Assembly (NCBI RefSeq): GCF_001194135.2
Contig: NC_068982.1
Location: 99,237,656-99,289,210, forward strand
DNA length: 51,555 nt
Source: Octopus bimaculoides
Taxonomy: Eukaryota
Direction: 5' to 3'
A model generated the notes under the pieces. That model was given only the letters and a program-made list of their open reading frames with translations. It had not been told where the DNA came from and searched no databases. A program made the translations under genes and the position numbers. Numbering within the stretch: position 1 is the stretch's first letter; the number at the start of each line of letters is the position of its first letter. This document shows, in pieces, positions 23,476 to 34,724 of the stretch.

Positions 23476-24925
23476 TAAATATGAATTTGAGTCAAAATAG
23501 GAAAAGAAAGATTCAGGTATACAATCCTATATTAACTAACATTTGACACTGGAGATTGCTTGTCTGTTGTCTCAAATGCAAAATATATTAAAGCAGTATC
23601 TATGCACCAGGATAAGAATTGTGATACCTTAGAAACAAACCATTTTTGCTGTTCTTGGGAATTTGGTATCAGGATGTTCATGGAGGAGACAACTAACACA
23701 TTATAGTTTAGAAAGGTTAATTGAAATAAAAAGAGAGGAAAAACTAAATATATGTGTGTTTCATTTGACAGTGTAAATATGGAAAAGTGGACCATGATGA
23801 TGATCTCACACATGTGTGCATGCACGCACACACACACACACACACATACACACACACACTGTATTCATTCTTCATTCAAAGCTCATGATTCACGATGTTA
23901 CGACAGAGTTTCTTGTCACATTTGATCATTTTTGCTGTCTGAAGGCTTGTACATTATGAGAAATCTGGAGTAGTGACACAATGAATCATCAACTTTGAAC
24001 AACTAGATAAACTCTGCTACATATATTGACTTTGTCTCCTGTTTATTTACCTTAATGTGTGTGTGTGTGTGCTCATTAAACTTCATCTGAGTCTTCTCTT
24101 TGAAGCAGAATAAACACTGGTGACTAATAATAAATTGACAAAGCTCTCTTTCATGAGTTTAGAAGTCACCAGGTCTTTTTGACATGTGGTGTATGTTCAT
24201 ATGTTTGTATGAATGCAACATTTTCACATACAAATAAGTACTCAGCTGAAAAATCTCAATACATTTTGAGATATATAGAAAGTATGCTGCAAAAGCTCAT
24301 CCAGATGTAGAAGTCAGTTACTGATCAACAAAACCATAACTGAAGATTTTAGGAGAGAGAAGGGTTGAAGCATAAAACAATGTTATTATCAGAAGGATTT
24401 CATAATACATCCTATAATTCTTTTTGATACCATTCTACCTGAGGCTGTTTCTGGTTTTATGATACAAAACTGCCAGTTTTCAAATGCTGACATGAACTTT
24501 AAAGCAAAACTTTCCATCATATATTCTTTAAGATCCTTTCATTAAGTTATATTCGAAATATTAAGTTTAATAATGGAAAAAAAAATTAGTTGTCTCAGTT
24601 CTCCAGATTCTTGATTATTTTCAAAATTGATAGAAATTCAGACAATGTGAGTTTCATCAGTGATATAGTTATGAATGGGCAAAAGAAACATTATTCATGA
24701 GTGAAATAACATCAAACATTCCATGAATAAAAAAAAAGACAGTTGTGCAAATCCAAAACAAAAGAAGAAATTAATAGAAATGGAAATGTTACCTAATAAA
24801 AAATGGAATATTCCAAAAGAACTATTTCTCTTCATCGTTTTCTTTTTTTTTTTTTGTCTCTGGCACTGACCTGTTTAATCAACATGATTAACCAGATTGG
24901 ATGCAGATAGATGTTCTGTGAGGTG

Positions 24926-25200
24926 ATAATCAAGCATATCCTGTATATAGATGACTTCAAGTATTATGCTTCAGATAACAAACAACTGGATATCCTGTTA
25001 TATATGGGGCACTGGTTCAATTGGATTATCAGCATAAATTTCAATTTAGAAAAGAAAGCCCTGAAGCCACAATGAAGAGGAAAAAACTAATTGAATCATG
25101 GAACTAAAAAATTAGATAACATACTTACAAATTAGACTCTGAAACAAAACACACAAATGAAAGAAAGAAGAAAGACATAGTTGGCATACACACATAATTA
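24926..25200 (+). pseudogene. Decayed RT fragment resembling R4/Dong-clade LINEs
   Basis: Reads IKHILYIDDFKYYASDNKQLDILL..INFNLEK, then after a frameshift KATMKRKKLIES. This parallels HLLYMDDLKLYA...FGLDKCAK.T.KRGKL. Confidence 0.6.
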
Positions 25201-25309
25201 AGGATATGAAGGCAGAGAAAACAGCTCAGGATACTCAAAATATTTAATGAGATAAGGCACATGCTAGTCACTCACATAGTTCATCTGGTGTTATAGAAAG
25301 GTGTGATGC

Positions 25310-26090
25310 TCAGTGACTGGAGTAGTAGTATCATTGTCAGCTGCTGCAAGAGTAAAGGAGCTGCATTAGAGAGAGGCAACATTAGAGGCATCAAATTGAT
25401 GAACCAGGTTATAACAGTTGCAGAAAGAGTTATAGCATAATTGAGTACATAATCAGCATAGACAAGATTCAGTTTGGTTTTGTTCCAGAAGTAATATTGG
25501 TTTCAAATTTTGACACAAGGCCAGTAGTTTCAGGATAGGAGTTTAGTCAATTACACCAGCCCCAGTGCTCAACTGAAAGGATGAAAGACAAAGTCAACTT
25601 CAGCGGAACATGCACTCAGAATGTAAAAATGGGCAAAATGCCACTAGGCATTTTGCTCAGGGTACTAACTCTTCTGCCAGCTCATCACCTTGTTTCAGAA
25701 GTAGTATTGACACCATCTTTGTGAGACAACTTCAGGAGAAGTACTTAGGAACAAATTCCTATACCTAGCATTTGAAGGTCTTTAATGGGCTTCCAAGATC
25801 TGTAATCTGGTGGTCCCCAAGGAAACCAGGAAGAGATGAATAGCATGGGAGTTATGCAAGCCATGTACAGAGGTGAAGTCAACAAAGTGAAAGTTAACAA
25901 TGAATATAATCTGTAAGTAAGAGTCCTTCATTGCTGAGTTTTCATTTACCATCTATTTATTATTGTCCTCTGGACTATAGATGAAAATTTAAGGCTCTTG
26001 TCAATGGGAACTTCTGTATGCTGATGATTTATTTCTTATTGGTGAATCTGTAGATTTAGAGAAGAAATTCCAAACATAGAAAAAGCCACC
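25310..26090 (+). pseudogene. Decayed RT core of an RTE LINE
   Basis: Reads SDWSSSIIV..KSKGAALERGNIRGIKL..QFGFVP..TIF.VRQLQEKYL..WELLYADD, with YADD at 26017-28. Confidence 0.85.
25500..25690 (-). mobile_element. Family-C SINE inserted in the RTE RT
   Basis: 19-bp TSD with 2 mismatches: tgttccagaagtaatattg at 25481-99 and tgtttcagaagtagtattg at 25691-709. Confidence 0.88.
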
Positions 26091-26157
26091 AGTGCCTAAT
26101 CAGGCAAACTGTTGGAAAATGAATGTTAAAATAGTAGTAGTTTGGTGATACTAGGAT

Positions 26158-27689
26158 CATCATCATCATCATCATCATCATCGTTTAACGTCCGCTTTCC
26201 ATGCTAGCATGGGTTGGACGATTTGACTGAGGACTGGCATACCAGATGGCTGCACCAGGCTCCAATCTGATCTGGCAGAATTTCTACAGCTGGATCCCCT
26301 TCCTAATGCCAACTACTCCGAGAGTGTAGTGGGTGCTTTTACGCACCACTGGCATGAGGGCCAGTCAGGTGGTACTGGCAACGGCCACACTCAAATGGTA
26401 TTTTTTACATGCCACCTGCACAGGAGCCAGTCCAGCGGCACTGGCAACAACATCGCTCAAATGTTTTTCACATGCCACCGGCACAAGTGCCAGTAAGGCG
26501 ACGTTGGTAATGATCACGCTCATATGGTGCTTTTTACATGCCACCGGCATGGAAGCCAGACAGCTGCTCTGGCAATGATNNNNNNNNNNAAGGCGACGTT
26601 GGTAATGATCACGCTCATATGGTGCTTTTTACATGCCACCGGCATGGAAGCCAGACAGCTGCTCTGGCAATGATCACACTTGGATGGTGCTGTTAGCGCT
26701 CCCCTGGCATGCGTGTCAGTCATCGAATTTGGTTCAATTTCGATTTCGATTTCACTTGCCTTAACAGATCTTCGCAAGCAGAGTTTAGTGTTCAATGAAG
26801 GAAAGGTATGCATAAGTGGGCTGGTTACACCCCTGGCAAAGGCCATGGGTTATGGTTTCACTTGGCTTGCTGGGTCTTCTCACGCACAGCATATTTCCAA
26901 AGGTCTCGGTCACTAGTCATTGCCTTGGTGAGGCCTAATGTTCGAAGGTCGTGCTTCACCACTTCATCCCAGGTCTACCTGGGTCTACCTCTTCCACAGG
27001 TTCCCTCAACCACTAGGGTGTGGCACTTTTTCACACAGCTATCCTCATCTATTCTCGCCACATGACCATACCAGCGCAATCGTCTCTCTTGCACACCACA
27101 ACTGATGCTTCTTAGGTCCAACTTTTCTCTCAAGGTACTTATACTCTGTCGAGCATGCACACTGAGGTTACACATCCAGCAGAGCATACTAGTTTCATTC
27201 CTTGCAAGCTTACACATGTCCTCAGCAGTCACAGCCCATGTTTCACTGCCCATGTAGCATGGCTGTTTGTACACATGCGTCATACAGTCTGCATTTTACT
27301 CTGAGTGAGACGCCTTTTGTTACCAGCAGAAGTATGAGCTCTCTGAACTTTGCCCAGGCTATTCTTATTTTAGCAGCTACACTTTCAGTGCACCCTCCCC
27401 TGCTACTGACTTGGTCAGCTAGGTAACAGAAGCTATCAACCACTTCTAGTTTTTCTCCCTGGAATGTGGCAGAAGTTGTTCTCTGCACATTTTTAGTGTT
27501 TATTGCTCCTGAGCATCTGCCACATACAAAAACTAACTTCCTAGTTAACCTGCCTTTGATATTGCTGCACCTCTTATGTGTCCATAGCTTACACTGGGTA
27601 CATCTTATAGAGTTTCTACCTATGCCTTTTCTACAGATTGAGCAGGGCCATCTACCTGAAGGAGTTTGTGGTTTGTCTGCCTTCCTACT
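26158..27689 (-). mobile_element. 5'-truncated RTE LINE with PHD finger, C-terminal domain, 3'UTR and (GAT)n tail
   Basis: ORFs 27243-27728 and 26975-27283 contain LEVVDSFCYL, IRIAWAKFREL, GSETWA, RRLRWYGHV and GRGRPR. Possible TSD tactaggat 26149-57 / tattaggat 27690-98. Confidence 0.93.
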
Positions 27690-27934
27690 TATTAGGATGT
27701 ATTGTATAATTATATTTAAGTTTTTCAAACCAATTGCATTATTTCTGTTATGTCACCATAAACTGCCTTCTCTTTTGATTAATCTCTCACTTATCACTTA
27801 CCTGCTCTATTCATTGCATTGGTCGCTTGTGTCATGGAAGTGTGCAGTATTTTATATACAGTATTATATATCCATTACAGATCGGCTGTAATAGATATAT
27901 AATACTTAATAGTTTCAGTTAAGATATACATATG

Positions 27935-28681
27935 TCACATGGATCAGCCAGACTGTCTGGTACTGAGTCGGTGCCACTAGCCACAGCGTTTGTTCCATTC
28001 CCCTCTGCTCTTGCCACTCTCCTCCACGTTGCTTCAAACATTTTCCTTAAATCATCTTCCCACCAGATTGGAGGTCTTCAGAGTGGTCTCTTCTACTTGT
28101 ACAGGTACCACTCAACAACCACATGGATCCACCAGTCATCTGTGAACTTTGCGACATGACTGCCTTGTCGTAGCTTTGCATGGTGGTATTCTGTGATGAT
28201 GTCCTTCACTCCAGTTCTATCCCTGATCTCTTTGTTCTGGATGTGATCTTTTAATGAGATTCCTAGCATTGACCGTTCCATGACTTGCTGTGCCATAAAC
28301 AAATGTTGTTCTCTCCTTGTCAAGGCCCAAGTCTCACTTGCATATAACATCATAGGCAAGGCTGTGCTGTTGAAGAGATTGATGTGAGTTGCCTTGTCTT
28401 GGTTTGCCTTCAGCGCATCCTTCACCGAGTTGAATGCTCTCCATCCTGCTCTTACCCTATGTGAGATCTCATCCTCCATCCCTCACCTCATAGTCACTTC
28501 TTGACTGAGATACACTGATCAGCTATAGACCATCCTGGACAAACATGATTTTAGGGGCTTGGTGGTCAGCCTGAAGATCAACTGTACAAAAACCAAGTAC
28601 ATATGGTCTGAAGGAGTAGCGATTGGTTGCCTAACAGTCAGAGGTGATGAAATAGAAGAGGTGAGCAGTTATGTGTATCTC
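27935..28681. mobile_element. RTE LINE of a PHD-less family with an inverted 5' segment
   Basis: The minus-strand part 27935-28515 reads VYLSQEV..EISHRVRAGWRAF..YASETWALT. The plus-strand part 28516-28681 reads SLKINCTKTK..EIEEVSSYVYL. Confidence 0.9.
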
Positions 28682-28937
28682 ATATATATATATATATATA
28701 TATATANNNNNNNNNNNNNNNNNNNNNNNNNNNNNNNNNNNNNNNNNNNNNNNNNNNNNNNNNNNNNNNNNNNNNNNNNNNNNNNNNNNNNNNNNNNNNN
28801 NNNNNNNNNNNNNNNNNNNNNNNNNNNNNNNNNATTAAATTAATACTAATATACATATGTATATTATTATTAATTTAATGTATAAATTACTTATAAATGA
28901 TTTTTATCCCTATATTCTATTATGAATTAATATATAT

Positions 28938-30258
28938 CAGTCCTCAGCCCCACTACTTTTCATCATTATTTTCCAAGCCATATCAGAGGAATTCAAGAGT
29001 GGCAGACCCTGAGAACTACAATATGCTGACAATCTTGCCCTCATAGTAGATTCTATATCAGTTCTAGAAAAGAAATTCCAGGTGTGGAAGCAAAGCCCGG
29101 AGTCTAAGGGCCTTAAAGTTAACTTAGCAAAGCCTAAGGTCTTAGTAAGTAAGAAAACAGACAGGACTCTACCCCTTTCAGGTAAGTGACCCTGCTTGAT
29201 TTGTAGGAAAAGGGTAGGTAGGAATTCCATACAGTGTACCCAGTGTAAGCTATGAACACACAAGAGGTGCAATAGAATAACTGGAAGGTTATCAGAGAAA
29301 GTAGTGTTCATGTATGGAAGATGCACAGGAGCCATAAAAACTACAGATACTTGGGATATCGATTTACTCAAATGTCCTAAAGGCTCTTTAGAGGTAATGG
29401 ATAATTTCTGCTACCTAGGGGATCAAAATAGTTGTGGGGGAAGATGTATGGAGAGTGTAATAGCTAGAATAAAAATAGGGTAGAGAAAATTCAGAGAGCT
29501 TTTACATCTGTTGGCAATCAAAGGTTTCTCTCTAAGTGAAAGGAAGATTGTATGGTGCATGCAAATGAACAGTAATTCTACATGAGAGTGAGACATGGCC
29601 CCAGAATGCAGAGAAAATGTGAAGGCAAGAGAGGAATGAGGCTAATATGCTCTGCTAGATGTGTAATGTAAGTGTACATGTGCAACAGAGTGTTAGTGTA
29701 TTGAGAGAGAAGTTAGGCATAAGAGAAATTAGATGCAGTGTGCAAGAGAGAAGACTGCTGTTTTGGTCATGTGATGCAGATGGGTGCCAACAGCTCCATA
29801 AAGAAGTACCATTCACTCAAAGTGGATGGAACTCATGGAAGAGGGAGACCCAGGAAGATATGGGACAAAGTATTGAAGGACGACCTCAGAACACTGAACA
29901 TTTTGAGCAAGATGACAAAGGACAGAAATACCTGGCAACTCGCTGGTCCTCCACAGCAGAAGTATAAAGGCCTCATCCCCCGGTGAAGCGAATTGGCTTG
30001 CAAGATTCCTGTGACACTGCTACATAAAAAGCACTTGTATTGGTGCCACGTGAAAGCACTTGTGCTGGTGGCATGATAAAAGTACCCAATGCACACTGTA
30101 AAGTAGTTGGTGTTAGGAAGGGCATCTAACCATAGAAAGCAAGCCAAATCAGACTGGAACCTGCTGTAGCGTCCTAGCTTGCCAGCTCTGGTCAAACCGT
30201 CCAAACCATGCCAGCATGGAAAATAGATGTAAAAGGACGATGATGATGACAATGATGA

Positions 30259-30259
<1 letters not shown>
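28938..30259 (+). mobile_element. Second, more decayed PHD-RTE copy (late RT to tail)
   Basis: Reads LSPTTFII..YADN (29022-33)..GLKVNLAK..PHD 29193-29324..LEVMDNFCYLG..GRGRPRKIW, then the 3'UTR and GAT tail. Confidence 0.92.
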
Positions 30260-30291
<32 letters not shown>

Positions 30292-30348
30292 GCGAGTAAA
30301 AATAAATAGAAAAAAAGGGTTTTTTTTTGTATGATTGTGTATAGAGGA

Positions 30349-30623
30349 ATATATTATTTTCTTTAAAAGAGTTCCAACACTGTCTGTTTTTTATGTTTTA
30401 TTTATATTGAACACTCAATATTTCATCTATTCAATAAGACATATTCCATATATTCAATAAGACATTCAATACTTTATTTCATAGTACCATCCATTTTTAT
30501 TTTATATTATATATTGTATATTATATTATATATTGTATATTCCATATTCTATATCCCACATTGGTTTTGCAGGAATATAAATAAAACATAAAAAACAGAC
30601 AGTGTTGGAACTCTTTTAAACAA

Positions 30624-30633
<10 letters not shown>
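30349..30633. mobile_element. Tc1/mariner-type MITE with 60-bp TIRs
   Basis: 30349-30408 is the near-perfect reverse complement of 30574-30633, set in a TA context. Confidence 0.8.
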
Positions 30634-30659
<26 letters not shown>

Positions 30660-30815
30660 CTCCTGTCCACCCAGCTGACAAAACTGAGTAATCCTGCTAT
30701 AGACTGGCGTTCCTCCAGGGTGGGATATATGCACCACGGAAACTGGGAAACTGGCCCTTTGAGTCTGTATGATACAGGAAAGATCTTTATCCTTTATATA
30801 TATACATATATATAG

Positions 30816-30864
<49 letters not shown>

Positions 30865-31344
30865 TACATATGAATGTATGGAATTCTGTTAAATTTTATC
30901 TATATTATATATTTTCTCCAGTTGTATCTGAATGCCTGGATTCATGCAGCCAGTTTCAAGTTGATTTCAACTAAAATAGATACAGAGCAAATTATTTTTG
31001 AAAGCTGTTTTTGTAGAAATGTCAATTTTCCAATTAACTGACAGTATATATGTCACAGGAACAATTGAATTTATTATTATATGACTTGATAGCAGACATC
31101 CACTAAATTTTGACTGAAAATCTTGTTCAAAAATAATAGTGTACCCCTACCCCACCAAAAAAAGGAAAAAAGAAAGAAAACCACAGAAAATAACGTACCC
31201 CTCACCCTTAAAAATAGAAAAAAGAAAGAAACAAGAAATGAAATGTAGAAAAAGTGTAACAGCAAGAATGACAACTGTAAGAACAAAAAATATCAGAATA
31301 GAACCAGAACTAGTTCTGCTGTGTAGCTCAATATCGTTTGAGAT

Positions 31345-31770
31345 AGTTATGGTGGTGGTGGTGGTGGTAGTGCTGCTGCTGCTGCTACTGCTGATGCAGC
31401 TACTGATGTTGCTGATGATGATAATGGTGGTGGCATGATGATGATGATGATGGTGTTAGTAGTGGAGGTGATGGTGGTAGTGGTGGTGGTGATGGTAGTC
31501 GCAGTGGCATTAACAACAACAATGATGATGATGACAACAATCTTTGCCTCCTCGTCCTCCTCCTCGTCTTCGTCCTCCTCCTCGTCCTCGTCCTCGTCCT
31601 CCTCCTTGTCCTCGTCCTCCTCCTCGTCTTCGTCCTCCTCCTCGTCCTCGTCCTCCTCCTCGTCCTCGTCCTCCTCCTCCTCCTCCTCCTCCTCCTCATT
31701 GTCATTGTCACCAACTGCCTACACTTTAGTATACTCCCCACTTATAGTCATGATGATGATGATGATCTTC
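31345..31770. repeat. Compound trinucleotide repeats (GGT, GCT, GAT, TCC/TCG)
   Basis: Seen directly in the sequence. Confidence 0.95.
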
Positions 31771-31988
31771 CTCCTCTTCTTAATTCCTCTTATCATCGTT
31801 CTTTTATCTTATTCTTTCAATTTCTGATGCTAGCTTCAGTCAGCCACCCCATCCCAGATGAATCACATAAAAAAACAAAAAGAAAAAATGAGCGCAAGAG
31901 AGAAAGAGAAAGAGAAAGAGAAAGAGAGAGATTTAATTTTTTTTCTTCTAATATTATAGTTCATGCAAATGTCACTTACTTTTTTCAG

Positions 31989-32036
31989 TGATAGATATAT
32001 CACTACAATTATTCCAAGAGGAAATGGTGGTTACAG
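31989..32036 (+). CDS. Candidate 48-bp exon (IDISLQLFQEEMVVT or DRYITTIIPRGNGGY)
   Basis: Acceptor cacttacttttttcag| and donor CAG|gtatta. Two frames are open. Protein not recognised. Confidence 0.28.
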
Positions 32037-32454
32037 GTATTAAACGGGGTTTTCACGATTGAGAAACTTCCACCCAAAGCCTGGGTAGCAAGGATTAATT
32101 TAGCAAATAATTTATATTTATAGGAAAATAAAAGGTTAGAGGGTTAAATGACTAAATGGCTAAATAGACAAAATATTAGGCTTTGGGTACATGTGTGGGT
32201 AGCTATTTGGTCTGCTATATATATATAAAATGTTTACAAATCATAAAAAAGTACTTAACGAGTTTGAAGGCTGAATGTGTTATTTTATATTTCAAAGGTT
32301 ACGTAATGCAAGATGTTTCATCTAAGGGGACAGCATAGTTGCCTGTAATCACAATCATAATTAGTATCATCATCATCATCATCATCACCATTAACATCAT
32401 CAGTTAACTTTTGTATCCCATGGCAGCAAGGTTTGGACAATAAATCTTTTCTTT

Positions 32455-32652
32455 TATCTTTTACTTGTTTCAGTCATTTGACTGTGGCCATGCTGGAACA
32501 CTGCTTTGAAGAATTTTTAGTTGAATGAATCAACCCCGGAGCTTATTTTTTGTCACGTCTAGTGTTTATTCTATCTTTTTACCGAATTGCTTAGTTACAG
32601 GGACATAAACATATCAGCACCAGTTGTCAAGTGGTGGTGGGTGATAAACACA

Positions 32653-32691
<39 letters not shown>

Positions 32692-32925
32692 CAGTAGGGT
32701 GGTTGGTGTTAGGAAGGGCATCCAACCATAAAACCCATGCCAAAATTAACACAGAAGCCTGATGCAGTCTTCTACCTGACTTGCTCTCGTCAAATCGTCC
32801 AGCCTATGCCAGCATGGAAGGTGGACAATAAACAAAGATGATAATGATGAGACTTCTTTCAGTTTCTGTCTACCAAATTCACTGACAAGGCTTTGGTCAG
32901 CCCAATGCTATAGTAAAAAACACTT
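32455..32925 (-). mobile_element. Family-A SINE interrupted by a + strand PHD-RTE 3' end (32693-32850)
   Basis: Order is SINE 3' half, CA run, RTE tail (ggttggtgttaggaagggcatcc..gccagcatggaa), then SINE 5' part. Confidence 0.8.
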
Positions 32926-33297
32926 ATATATACATATGTCATGTTATACTAAGAAACATGCATGGTACAAGATCCCTAATTAGTTTAACTCATTATTACG
33001 GCTATATATTGAGGATATCATTAGAAGGACCTGTCTCTCATGCCAGTTTGCTAAGTCTGCCATTCCTGTTTCTGTGACAGAAGAGGAGATAACCACTCCA
33101 AAATGCATGCATCCTGCAGTCTGGTTAGGGAATGCTGCAAGCTGACTTGATGTATTTACATCTATTTGTTAATAATGAGAAATTTTCTCCATAACAAAAT
33201 ACAGTGAATGGTTTTCTTATGAGTTCAAATATGTTTGAAGCATATTTGAACTGATAACAAGTTTGTATATATAAAATAAAGTAAAGTGAGGTAAAGA

Positions 33298-33590
33298 CTC
33301 CCTTCTATCATGGATAACCATGGGATTGCACCTAGAAAGTTAGCCTCCTACGTACAAATCTGAGTAAATTTGCTTATGGAAGACTAGCAGTCACCCATGC
33401 ATACCAACCTCTCGTCTCCAAATCACCGATGTTATCCAAGGGAAAGGCAAAGACCAATACAACTTGGCAGCAGTGACATCGCAACTCATTTCTGCAGCTG
33501 AGTGGACTAGAGTAACATAAAATAAAGTGTCTTGCTCAAGAACACCACACAGGAATCGAACTGACTACCTCATGACTGGGAACCATGCAC
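33298..33590 (-). mobile_element. tRNA SINE with the 19064-type centre and a third tail type
   Basis: The centre cagctgagtggact..aataaagtgtcttgctcaag is shared with 19240-19290. The tail is unrelated to family X. Confidence 0.7.
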
Positions 33591-33629
33591 CTGATTGGCA
33601 GTATGCTATGAAGTTACTGATACATCATC

Positions 33630-34010
33630 TTTTACCCATTGCTTGTTTCTGTCAATGGACTATGGCCATGCTGGGATGCAGGCTTGAAGGGTTTGGTTGA
33701 ATAAATCAACCCCAGTATTTATTCTATCGATCTTTATTGCTGAGTCACTAAGTTACAGGGACATAAACACACTCACAGTGGTTGTCAAGCAGGAGTATTG
33801 GCAAACCAAACACAATGACACACGTGTCCACACATAATTAAATACATATATATGCACAGACTATTATGATGGGTTTCTTTCAGTTTCCATCTACTAAATC
33901 CATTCACAAAGCTTTAATCAGCCAAGGGTTGTTGTAGAAGATTTTGGTCCTAGGTGTCACACTGTGTGGGGCTGAACCCAGAGTCATGTGATTAAGAGGT
34001 GAACTTCAGA
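33630..34010 (-). mobile_element. Degraded family-A SINE
   Basis: Homologous to 17524-17935. Confidence 0.8.
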
Positions 34011-34224
34011 GTTGTAAAGTATATTCAAATATGTTTTACATAATACTAACATTATTTGATATAGGACTCGATATGATGGGTACAATATTTAGATATATTA
34101 ATTATGTAAAATTTTGACAGTGTACTCTGAGTTTCATCACAAGCTTAGTACTCATGAACAGCTCAGCTGGAGAAACTGATGTAATAAACACACGTTCACT
34201 GACCCACCTACACACAAAACATAC

Positions 34225-34357
34225 AAATACATACACATATTTATTATATCACAATACATACACATATTTATTATATCAAATACATACACATATTTATTAT
34301 ATCAAATACATACACATATTTATTATATCAAATACATACACATATTTATTATATCAA
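34225..34357 (+). repeat. 26-bp minisatellite, 5 copies (atacatacacatatttattatatcaa)
   Basis: Five nearly identical units. Confidence 0.95.
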
Positions 34358-34509
34358 AAGTTGACTGAACTCTCTTAGTTTCACCCCAGGTGTGGCTGTT
34401 CAAAATTGTGCATTAGATTGAAATGTTTTTCATATATTTTCCAATTTTTAGATTATGACATATGTGTATACATATATGTGCAGTATGCATGAATGCATGC
34501 ATATGTACA

Positions 34510-34650
34510 TACATGGTGTGTTTACGTCCCCTGTAACTTAGCAGCTCGTTAAAGCGACTGACAGAATAAGTCATGAGGTTGATTTCTTTGACTAAATGCA
34601 GTGCTCCAGCATAGCTGCAGTCAAATGACTGAAACAAGTAAAAGAAAAAG
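34510..34650 (+). mobile_element. Family-A SINE 3' half
   Basis: Matches gtgtgtttacgtcccc..ccagcat..tgactgaaacaagtaaaaga. Confidence 0.85.
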
Positions 34651-34657
34651 AATAAAA

Positions 34658-34691
<34 letters not shown>

Positions 34692-34724
34692 ATAATTAAG
34701 GGATCAGCAAATATTTGCTTCACC

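Noticed and set aside
24415-24500. Minus-strand exon candidate FMSAFENWQFCIIKPETAS
   Set aside because: It lies within a family-D MITE remnant.
26506-26672. Exact duplication of about 75 bp in the RTE 3'UTR
   Set aside because: It flanks a 10-N gap and is likely an assembly overlap.
25310-29100. Idea that 25310-26090 and 28938-30259 are one RTE split by insertions
   Set aside because: Both contain the same YADD region and are visibly diverged, so they are separate copies.
31340-31827. Poly-S/R/P ORFs
   Set aside because: They are (TCC/TCG)n and (GAT/GGT)n repeats.
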